Source of the DNA: Microgenomates group bacterium RBG_16_45_19
GTDB lineage: Bacteria; Patescibacteriota; Microgenomatia; UBA1400; RBG-16-45-19
DNA: 64,000 nucleotides
Reading direction: 5' to 3'
Assembly (NCBI GenBank): GCA_001803415.1
Contig: MHDC01000011.1
Span: 4,642-68,641 of the forward strand
Made by a program: the position numbers and the translations under genes. How positions within the stretch are numbered: the first letter of the stretch is position 1; each line of letters opens with the position of its first letter. Under the pieces are notes generated by a model. That model ran no database searches and was not told the DNA's origin. It saw only the letters and a list, made by a program, of their open reading frames with translations. Positions 37,587 to 45,600 of the stretch are shown here, in pieces.

Positions 37587-39863
37587 ATGGTAAAATCCAA
37601 AGGTATGGAGAAACGGTACGAACACCAGCGGTATGAAGAGAAAATTTACCGCAATTGGAAAAAGAGCGGTCGGTTCACTCCCCCACCCTACCATCCCGGT
37701 GAAAAAACTTTCACCATCATCATGCCGCCGCCAAATGCCAATAACCCCTTGCATGTGGGGCATGCTTGTTTTGTGACCATTGAAGACATCCTGATCCGTT
37801 ACCACCGGATGCTTCAAGAAGCAACCTTGTGGTTACCAGGCACAGACCACGCCGGCATCGAGACCCAATACGTGTTTGAGCAGAAATTAAAGGCCAAGGG
37901 AAAAAGCCGATTCGATTTTGACCGACAAGCTTTATATCAGATGATATGGGACTATGTTAAAGAAAATTCCCAAACGGCCATCATGCAGATGAAACGATTG
38001 GGGGCGAGTGCCGACTGGTCGCGGTTAAGATTCACTTTAGAGCCGGATATTGTCAAAGACGTGGTTGAGACTTTTATTAAAATGCAGACCGACGGTTTAA
38101 TTTATCGAGATTTAAGATTGGTCAATTATTGCCCCAGGTGCGGAACCAGTTATTCAGAGTTAGAGGTAGTCCATCAGGAGCAAAACGATCCTCTTTATTT
38201 TATAAAATACGGCCCGTTTGAGTTGGCGACAGTCCGTCCGGAGACAAAATTCGGAGATACGGCGGTAGCCGTGCACCCCAAGGATCAGCGCTATAGTCAG
38301 TGGGTGGGCAAAGAGATTGAAGTAGTTGGATTGCTGGGAAAATTCAACTTGACCGTTATAGCCGACGAGTTGGTCGATCCAGAGTTTGGTACCGGGGTGG
38401 TTAAAGTGACGCCAGCACACGATCCCAACGACTTTGAGATAGGTCAACGCCATGGCCTGGAGTTAAAACAGATTATCGGTTTTGACGGCAAGTTAACGGA
38501 TCTGACCGGACCGTATCAGGGTTTAACGGTTAAAGCAGCCCGAGAGAAGGTGGTAGATGATTTAAAAGCACGGGGCTTGATGACCCAAGTGGACGAAAAC
38601 TACCGACACACCGTCGCCAAGTGCTACCGCTGTGGCACGATACTGGAACCCCTCCCCCGTCCCCAATTTTTTATCAAAGTCAAAAGCCTAACCCAGCTGG
38701 CTCTTAAAGCATTAGCTAAGGGCGAAACGCAAATCTATGGTGCCGGGCACGATAAAATCTTAATTCATTGGCTAAAAAACCTAAAAGACTGGAATATTAG
38801 CCGGCAGATTGTCTGGGGTATCAGAATTCCTGTCTGGTACCGGATAGATACAAGCCACAAGACACAAGCGACAAGTATAAATAACCAAATAATAGTAGGG
38901 TTTTTAGATAAAGAGAAGAAATTAGTGAAAGGTGAAATCGGAAAACTATTGGAGAGTTATAGCTTTGAAGAAATTGAAACCGGTTTGCAAATGTTAATGG
39001 CTCCACCAGAGGCAGAATATAAAGTTGCTAGGGCTAAACCCGGAGCTAATTATCTTCAGGAAACGGATACCTTTGACACTTGGTTTTCCTCGAGCCAGTG
39101 GCCGGTAGTCACGCTACAAGCGCCAGGCAACAAGCAACAAGATAAATCAAAGGTGACAGATTTCGAGAGGTTTTACCCAACCAGCGTGATGGAAACAGCT
39201 TACGATATTCTCCCCTTCTGGGTGATGCGAATGATGATGATGGGCTGTTATTTAACCGGTAAAACTCCCTTTACCAAGGTTTACTTTCACGGCTTGGTCA
39301 GAGATGAGCAAGGACATAAGATGAGTAAGAGCCGAGGCAATGTGGTTAATCCCCTCCTCTTGGTTGAGACCTACGGAGCCGACGCTTTACGGATGGCTTT
39401 GGTGATGAGTACGACCGCCGGGCATGATAGCAATGTGGGTGAAACTAAAGTTAAGGGGATGAGGAATTTTTCAAATAAGATATGGAATGGCGCCCGTTTT
39501 ATTAAAATAAATCGAGAGGAAACAGGAAACAAGAAACAAGAAACAAGTTTAAAAACAAAAAAATACATAAAACATTTAAATCAGGTGGTTAAGCTAGTGA
39601 CAAAGCAACTCAATGAATTAAAAATTGGGTTGGCGGCGGAAACGGTCCATAACCAGTTCTGGCATTGGTGGTGCGATGAAGTCTTAGAGGCAAATAAGCG
39701 ACTCGAGGTTAGCGACGCGTGGTTAGAGGAGGGGATGAAGACCTGGCTGAAATTACTACAGCCATTTGTGCCGTTTGTGACTGAAGCCGTTTGGCAAGAG
39801 CTGTATCCCCAAGAAGAACTACTGATGGGGCAAGTCTGGCCAGCAATGGAGAAGAAAGTGTAA
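37587..39863 (+). CDS. valS: valine--tRNA ligase (short form)
   Basis: PPPNANNPLHVGHA (HIGH), WLPGTDHAGIETQ and KMSKSRGN (KMSKS). At 758 aa it lacks the C-terminal coiled coil. Confidence 0.88.
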   Translation: MVKSKGMEKRYEHQRYEEKIYRNWKKSGRFTPPPYHPGEKTFTIIMPPPNANNPLHVGHACFVTIEDILIRYHRMLQEATLWLPGTDHAGIETQYVFEQKLKAKGKSRFDFDRQALYQMIWDYVKENSQTAIMQMKRLGASADWSRLRFTLEPDIVKDVVETFIKMQTDGLIYRDLRLVNYCPRCGTSYSELEVVHQEQNDPLYFIKYGPFELATVRPETKFGDTAVAVHPKDQRYSQWVGKEIEVVGLLGKFNLTVIADELVDPEFGTGVVKVTPAHDPNDFEIGQRHGLELKQIIGFDGKLTDLTGPYQGLTVKAAREKVVDDLKARGLMTQVDENYRHTVAKCYRCGTILEPLPRPQFFIKVKSLTQLALKALAKGETQIYGAGHDKILIHWLKNLKDWNISRQIVWGIRIPVWYRIDTSHKTQATSINNQIIVGFLDKEKKLVKGEIGKLLESYSFEEIETGLQMLMAPPEAEYKVARAKPGANYLQETDTFDTWFSSSQWPVVTLQAPGNKQQDKSKVTDFERFYPTSVMETAYDILPFWVMRMMMMGCYLTGKTPFTKVYFHGLVRDEQGHKMSKSRGNVVNPLLLVETYGADALRMALVMSTTAGHDSNVGETKVKGMRNFSNKIWNGARFIKINREETGNKKQETSLKTKKYIKHLNQVVKLVTKQLNELKIGLAAETVHNQFWHWWCDEVLEANKRLEVSDAWLEEGMKTWLKLLQPFVPFVTEAVWQELYPQEELLMGQVWPAMEKKV

Positions 39864-39872
39864 GGATAGAAG

Positions 39873-40565
39873 TTATTCAGCGGCTTTTTTGGCTTCAGGT
39901 TTAGATTCAGGAGTTTCAGTTTTGGCTTCAGCTTCCGGTTTAGATTCAGGAGTTTCAGCTTCAGCTTTGGGCTCCACTGGAGCCTCTTCAACTTTTTCTT
40001 CTTCCTGAGGTTTAATGGTGACTAACATTTCCTCGGGTGTCAAAGCTAGAGTCACCAGTTTCCGATCAAACTTCAGATCCTTGACGAATAAAGAAGCTCC
40101 AATCTCAGCTAAAGAGGAAATGTCGAGAACAAATTTGTCCGGCAAGTAGGCGGGTAAGGCTTCAACTTCAAGTTCGTTATGGATTATAACCAAAACCCCA
40201 TTAAGATCTTTGACGGCCGGACTGTCACCAGTGGTTTCAAAGGCAATGTTGGCGGTAACTTTTTCGGTGAGAGACACCTCGCGAAAATCAACATGCAAGG
40301 GAAGACTAGTAACCGGATGGGTTTGAACGTTAGTGATTAAAACCGGATGAGTTTTTTGGCTACCGGTTACCGCCAAATTAATCAAACCGGTGGCACCGCT
40401 TTGGGAGTAGACCAAAGAAAAGTCAGCGTGTTTGACTTGGACGGCAAAGGATTTAGTTTTGGTTCCGTAAACATTAGCGGGAATAAAACCCTGTCGACGT
40501 AAATCTCTGACCTCACGGCCGATAATTGTACGGGGTGCAGCGTTTAATCTAATTTGGGTTGCCAT
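39873..40565 (-). CDS. rplY: 50S ribosomal protein L25 / general stress protein Ctc
   Basis: Start at the ATG at 40565 (MATQIRLNAAPRTIIGREVRDLRRQGFIPANVYG). The C-terminal acidic tail has a tandem TPESKPEA repeat. Confidence 0.85.
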   Translation of the reverse strand: MATQIRLNAAPRTIIGREVRDLRRQGFIPANVYGTKTKSFAVQVKHADFSLVYSQSGATGLINLAVTGSQKTHPVLITNVQTHPVTSLPLHVDFREVSLTEKVTANIAFETTGDSPAVKDLNGVLVIIHNELEVEALPAYLPDKFVLDISSLAEIGASLFVKDLKFDRKLVTLALTPEEMLVTIKPQEEEKVEEAPVEPKAEAETPESKPEAEAKTETPESKPEAKKAAE

Positions 40566-40743
40566 AAAGTGTAACTGGTTATTATCAACAGCGTATAGTA
40601 ACAAATCAATTGAGGAAAGGCAAACCCAGATAAATAGTCCAGACCGCCTTTTCTGCATCCACTTTTGTCTGGTATAAAGGTAGATTAATGCAGTCCCACG
40701 TCTTGACGTGGTTCACGTGCTGGTACATAAAAAAAGAAGACGA

Positions 40744-42555
40744 TTAGCCTTGCGCTTGTCTGATTTTCTCTTGGGGATTGGTGGTGACTAAAACGTGTTC
40801 TTCTTTGGAAGCAACCACTCTTAAGGCGACATGGTTTTGACCGGCAAAGAAAATACCTTCGCCAATCTCCGAAGACATTAATAGCCGCTTCTCACCCTCG
40901 GACAAATAGAAAGTCTTGGCCACTTGGTCAATGGCCGCGGGCGACTGCTTCATTAAAAATTGAATCGATGAATTGGTGACTATGGCTTTACCTTGGTCAG
41001 TGGTAAGGAAATCAGACACATCCTGAGTAATGGTAGTCACTCCCAAGAAATATTTACGGGCCCGTTTGGCCATACTAAAGAGGAAGCTGGCCGATTCGGG
41101 ATATTTCATTAAATACCAGGCTTCGTCGACGACTAAGATTCTTTTCTTTAGATTTTTTTTAATCCGAGTCCAAATAAAGTCCAGAATGAGGAACATGGCG
41201 ATGGGCCGGAGGGCGTCTTCCATTTCCTTAATCCCAAAAACAGTAAACTTGTTGTGAATATCCAGGTTGGATTGCTGGTCAAAAATACCCCGGAAAGAGC
41301 CTTTGATAAATTTCTCTAAGCGGTTGGCTAAAGTTAAAGAATCAGCCGACTCCATGCCGATTAATTGTTTGTAGAGATCTTCCATTAAGGGTGGCTGTAG
41401 TTTCTGAGTTTCGGGTTCAGGGGTAATGCCTTTGGCTTGATAGGCAGCCACCAAGGCTCGATCGAGGACGGCTTCCTCATTGGCCGACATTTGGCCAAGC
41501 ATGATCTTCATTAAGGTATGGAGGGAGATGATTTTCAAGCCTAATTCATTTTCTTCGGGGTCATAGAGGGCGGATAAATCAAAGGGATTAATTTTAAAGG
41601 CCGCGTTGAAGGTGAAGTCGAGATATTCGCCATTAACGGCGGCGGTCATATCTTTGTATTCACCTTCCGGGTCGATAATGATGATTTCGGTATCAAACAT
41701 TAAAGAGCGGAGACATTCAAGTTTGACGGAATAGGATTTACCAGAGCCGGATTTGGCAAAAATAACCATGTTGGCATTCTCCATGGAGAAGCGGTCAAAA
41801 ATAACCAAAGAGTCGTTGTGCTCGTTAATACCATACATGATGCCGATATCTTGAGTTAATTCCGAGGAAGTAAAGGGGAAGGTGGTCGCTAAGGAGGTCG
41901 TATCCATGTTGCGTAAAACGTTGAGTTTATCGGTGCCTTGGGGAAGAGTGGTTTTGAAGCCCGGCTCCATTTGCAGGGAAGCCTTCTTGGAAACGATCAA
42001 CAAAGCGCCGAGCATACTTTGAATCTGCTTACTGACGGTGGTTAATTCTTCCAGAGACGGGGAGCTAATAGTGAGGTAGAGACCGAATTGAAAAAAGCGC
42101 TCTTCGCCTTTGGCCAATTGTTCTTGAAGGATACGAGCATCTTCGAGTTTGACCTGTGTGTCAATATTCGGTAGACGGCCGCGCTTGAGATCACTCTGGA
42201 TTTCGGCTTCCATTTCGGTGATCTTACGGCGCAATTCGTCCATGATGGTCTTGCCATCAACGGGAAAGATATGCATGGAAATATCCAGGGAATAATTAAA
42301 ATTAATCAGAGGTGACAGCCAGTTGGCGGAGACAAAGCGGGGATAGCCGGCGACAAAGAAGGTTTGGATATAGTAATTGCCGATCTTGAGGTGGTTGAAT
42401 TCAACGTCGATAGCTTCGGGGGCAATGACGTCTTGGATGGTAACCAGGCCTTGAACGAACAGCTCTTTAGCATCGGGTTTAGCGGCTGTAGCCGCCGGCG
42501 GGGACGGGATAACCTTTTTTTTCTTAAACGGTAGGGCGAGCAGCTTCATAGACAA
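40744..42555 (-). CDS. VirB4/TrbE-family T4SS ATPase, Gram-positive PrgJ/TcpF-like
   Basis: Walker A SGSGKSYS, IIDPEGEY, Walker B ILVVDEAWYL and RKYFLGVTTITQ. The N-terminal domain has the APEAIDV...YIQTFFVAGYP pattern. Confidence 0.7.
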   Translation of the reverse strand: MSMKLLALPFKKKKVIPSPPAATAAKPDAKELFVQGLVTIQDVIAPEAIDVEFNHLKIGNYYIQTFFVAGYPRFVSANWLSPLINFNYSLDISMHIFPVDGKTIMDELRRKITEMEAEIQSDLKRGRLPNIDTQVKLEDARILQEQLAKGEERFFQFGLYLTISSPSLEELTTVSKQIQSMLGALLIVSKKASLQMEPGFKTTLPQGTDKLNVLRNMDTTSLATTFPFTSSELTQDIGIMYGINEHNDSLVIFDRFSMENANMVIFAKSGSGKSYSVKLECLRSLMFDTEIIIIDPEGEYKDMTAAVNGEYLDFTFNAAFKINPFDLSALYDPEENELGLKIISLHTLMKIMLGQMSANEEAVLDRALVAAYQAKGITPEPETQKLQPPLMEDLYKQLIGMESADSLTLANRLEKFIKGSFRGIFDQQSNLDIHNKFTVFGIKEMEDALRPIAMFLILDFIWTRIKKNLKKRILVVDEAWYLMKYPESASFLFSMAKRARKYFLGVTTITQDVSDFLTTDQGKAIVTNSSIQFLMKQSPAAIDQVAKTFYLSEGEKRLLMSSEIGEGIFFAGQNHVALRVVASKEEHVLVTTNPQEKIRQAQG

Positions 42556-42588
42556 AGTGAGACTGGATTAATTATACCAAGAAATTGC

Positions 42589-43023
42589 CTAAAGGGAGGG
42601 TTGATCAAGGATGCGATTAACCAAAGCGTCAGCCGCCGCATTTTGAGTTCGGGGGATAGCCGTAAAAGTGGGGGTGAGGTGAAGAAACTGTATCTTCTGG
42701 TGGACAATTAAGACCAAGTCCTTGAGGTGAGGTTGTTTGATTTTAAATCGACCGGCTAATTGGTTAACGATAAGCTGGGAATCGGAATAAAAGTTAACCG
42801 TAAAAACTGTCTGGGGAGATTCGGGAACAAACGGAGTGAGGGCGTCTAAGGCTAGAATAACGCCTTGGTATTCGGCTTCGTTGTTGGTCTGATGACCGAG
42901 AAAGCGACCACCCTGCTCGAGTATAACCCGAGTAGCGTCATAGATGAGAAAGGCGGCGGCGGCAGGACCGGGATTACTGCGAGCGGCACCGTCGGTATAA
43001 ACCGATAAAGGATAGTTAATCAT
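42589..43023 (-). CDS. rnhA: ribonuclease HI
   Basis: VYTDGAARSNPGPAAAAF...TNNEAEYQGVILAL. Confidence 0.85.
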   Translation of the reverse strand: MINYPLSVYTDGAARSNPGPAAAAFLIYDATRVILEQGGRFLGHQTNNEAEYQGVILALDALTPFVPESPQTVFTVNFYSDSQLIVNQLAGRFKIKQPHLKDLVLIVHQKIQFLHLTPTFTAIPRTQNAAADALVNRILDQPSL

Positions 43024-43481
43024 GAAGCGGTTTTAATTCCCTTGGGACTGACAATTAGGCGACGTTCCCTGGCTTCACCTTCAGAATAAGTGCTAACCCG
43101 AGGATCAGTTTGAAGTTTGAGGTGAACTTGGCGGCGTTCAAAGGCAGATAAGGGTGGAAGGATGATTTCCCGGCCAGATTCAACGGACTGATCGGCTGCC
43201 CGAGTGGCCAGCGCTTCGACTTGAGTTAAACGGAGTTGGCGATAAGCGTTGATATCCACCAGCACCGGTTTAAAGGTGGCTTGGCCCTGATTAGCCATCA
43301 AGTTAACCATTAATTGGAGGGCATCGATAGTCTCACCGTGGTAACCAATCAGAATACCAGAGTCGGCTTCGGCGACGGTGAGTCGAACTTCTTGACGATC
43401 AGCGACAGTTTTAGCCGTCAGCTTGACCGGTTCGATGGCAAAAAATTTCAAGAGTGACTTTAAAGCTTTAGTCGCGGTCAT
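43020..43481 (-). CDS. jag: Jag/KhpB (KH + R3H RNA-binding protein)
   Basis: KH-like LIGYHGETIDALQ and R3H ...LSAFERRQVHLKL. Immediately downstream of yidC. Confidence 0.8.
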   Translation of the reverse strand: MTATKALKSLLKFFAIEPVKLTAKTVADRQEVRLTVAEADSGILIGYHGETIDALQLMVNLMANQGQATFKPVLVDINAYRQLRLTQVEALATRAADQSVESGREIILPPLSAFERRQVHLKLQTDPRVSTYSEGEARERRLIVSPKGIKTAS

Positions 43482-43484
43482 AAA

Positions 43485-44237
43485 TTAAACATGGCTAGGC
43501 TGGAATCGTTTCAAGTAAATTTTAACTCGATTTAGGCCGCCCCAACCAGAGACCAAATACTGCTGAATAATACTAACGACGGTGGATACAATCCAGTAGA
43601 GGGCTAAACCGGAGGGAAAGCGGAGGGTAAAGAGGACGGTCATTAAGGGCATCATGAGGACCATCTGGTTTTGCATGGTGGTGGCCATGTCAGCCATTTG
43701 ATCGGCCTTTTGATCATCAGTTTTGGTGGGGGTAGCCAAAGCCTGGACTCTAGCGGCACTGGGGTCGGCTGCCGGTAAAACCATAAGGCTTAAAAGCAGT
43801 TGAGATAGACCAGCAATGATGGGCAAAATATAGTAGTTGTCAGGTTTAGTCAGGTCAAACCAGAGGAAGGTAGGGTCAATGCCGGTGGTACCGCCGTTAA
43901 GGTAAGTGATAAAGACCCGATAAAGAGCAATGAGGATAATAAATTGAAGCAAATAGGGGAGACAGCCGGCGGCCGGATTGATTTGATGAGTTTTGAAGAG
44001 GGCCATTTGGGCTTGCTGTAGGCCTTTGGGATCACCCTTATACTTGGCTTTTAAAGCGTCGATCTCGGGTTTTAAATCGCGCATTTTGATGGCCGAACGC
44101 ATGGCCGGCAGAGTTAAGGGAATGAGGACCGCTTTGATGCCGACAGTCAGGAGAATAATAGCCCAGCCTAAACTGCCGGTAAGGGTAGTCAGCCAAGTGA
44201 GTAGTTGGGCCAGGGGGGCGGTCAGAAAATCAAACAT
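43485..44237 (-). CDS. yidC: membrane protein insertase YidC/Oxa1 (short form)
   Basis: KMRDLKPEIDALKAKYKGDPKGLQQAQMALFK...NPAAGCLPYLLQFIILIALY. Confidence 0.9.
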   Translation of the reverse strand: MFDFLTAPLAQLLTWLTTLTGSLGWAIILLTVGIKAVLIPLTLPAMRSAIKMRDLKPEIDALKAKYKGDPKGLQQAQMALFKTHQINPAAGCLPYLLQFIILIALYRVFITYLNGGTTGIDPTFLWFDLTKPDNYYILPIIAGLSQLLLSLMVLPAADPSAARVQALATPTKTDDQKADQMADMATTMQNQMVLMMPLMTVLFTLRFPSGLALYWIVSTVVSIIQQYLVSGWGGLNRVKIYLKRFQPSHV

Positions 44238-44254
44238 ACCTAAAATAGGATCGA

Positions 44255-44283
44255 GTATTTAGTATTTAGGATTTAGGATTCAG
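44255..44283. repeat. heptamer tandem repeat block
   Basis: AGTATTT AGTATTT AGGATTT AGGATTC immediately upstream of yidC, followed by a 7-bp-stem inverted repeat (TCAGGGT-caaaaca-ACCCTGA). Confidence 0.65.
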
Positions 44284-44361
44284 GGTCAAAACAACCCTGA
44301 TTGAATCAGGCCAGACTGCAGTATAACATGGAGGACTCAAGGGGTTAATCGGGTAATCGCG

Positions 44362-45303
44362 TTAAGGTAAGGGGTCGGGCCAACCCAACTCGCTTCTGAT
44401 AACTGCCAAGGCGTGAGGATATTGGTCTGGGGTAAGTTGGTTATTTAAGACACAAGACTGTTTATTTTTTAGGCCAACACAGCCAAAACAGTCAGTACAA
44501 TTAGATAGACCGGAACTGTAATAGCAGTTGGTACATAAGCTACAGTACTCTAAAAAGGCAGAGTGATAATTACTACTGCCACCACAGATTTCGTAACATA
44601 ACTCCTGCCAGGTACCGCTGAGCATAGCTTGCAAATTTGATCCCGAAGCCGATCCACCACCAAATGAGGTGTCCCAGGAATCACGAGCCATGCCACTATC
44701 GTAGATATAACCGGAATTCTCAACATAATAAGAGTTAAAACCCCAATACATATCTTTACAGTTAGTAATATAGTCACCATACGGACAGTTTTCCGTTTGA
44801 CGCTGCATGCTCTGGGGGACCGGGGTAGACTGCTTGAGCAAAGTAAATTGAGACAAGATTTGATCAAGCGATTGTTGCTTGACGAGCTCAAGTTGTTGAT
44901 GATAGTCAGCCTGACTGAGTTGCCGATTAAAGAGACAGTATTTTTTATTAGACAGGGCGACACAGCCAAAACACGAGTCACAATTAAAACATTGATAACA
45001 ATAATGGCAATCACGACATTTGGTGCAATCTTGAGAATAGGTTAGGCGATAGCAATCGAGACATTCGATGGACTCATAACAAAGTTCAGACATGCCGCAG
45101 TAAAGGCAATCAACAAGGTGCTTTCCGTTACAAAGAAAGCAATAGCTACAAGCTTGGCTACTGAGACATAAAATACAATAATGACAATTTTGGCTATAAT
45201 GGGTGTAATCACAATATTCACATGCTTCAGGATTAGTGAGGCGTAGGGCTGGAACGGGGATTGATTGACGCAGTTGATGGTAACTGTCTAAAAATTTGGC
45301 CAT
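44362..45303 (-). CDS. extremely cysteine-rich protein with an internal duplication (unknown family)
   Basis: 313 aa with about 50 Cys in repeated CxxC(xx)C units. Two homologous halves each end C(F/T)(N/D)C(D/T)xCFGCVxLxNKxxCxxNxQL. Start codon abuts the upstream zinc-ribbon gene stop. Confidence 0.5.
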   Translation of the reverse strand: MAKFLDSYHQLRQSIPVPALRLTNPEACEYCDYTHYSQNCHYCILCLSSQACSYCFLCNGKHLVDCLYCGMSELCYESIECLDCYRLTYSQDCTKCRDCHYCYQCFNCDSCFGCVALSNKKYCLFNRQLSQADYHQQLELVKQQSLDQILSQFTLLKQSTPVPQSMQRQTENCPYGDYITNCKDMYWGFNSYYVENSGYIYDSGMARDSWDTSFGGGSASGSNLQAMLSGTWQELCYEICGGSSNYHSAFLEYCSLCTNCYYSSGLSNCTDCFGCVGLKNKQSCVLNNQLTPDQYPHALAVIRSELGWPDPLP

Positions 45304-45585
45304 TTAGACAACTTTGGTTAGATCAACCTGACTACGGAACTCTTCATAACATTTGAGACAATAGACAATCATGCCTTTGTCGGGATTAACTGTAGTCACC
45401 ATGCTCTGACCACATTTAGCGCATAGATATTTATAGAATTGGCGCTCATTTCTCAAACTAAGACGACGCTGATGACGACAGTCAGGACAATTAGTCGGCA
45501 GAGGTAAACCCATTCTCTTATAGAAAGCTAATTCCTGAGTAATGAGCTTAAACGCTTTAGAACAAGTTTGACATTTTTGCGGCAT
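45304..45585 (-). CDS. zinc-ribbon protein (two CxxC pairs x2)
   Basis: CQTC...CPDC and CAKC...CLKC. Confidence 0.5.
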   Translation of the reverse strand: MPQKCQTCSKAFKLITQELAFYKRMGLPLPTNCPDCRHQRRLSLRNERQFYKYLCAKCGQSMVTTVNPDKGMIVYCLKCYEEFRSQVDLTKVV

Positions 45586-45600
45586 ACTTAATGAGTATGA

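Noticed and set aside
40686-40701. Perfect inverted repeat CCACGTC-TT-GACGTGG between the VirB4-like gene and rplY, considered as a terminator
   Set aside because: No T-run follows the hairpin on either strand. It is more likely a protein-binding palindrome, if functional at all.
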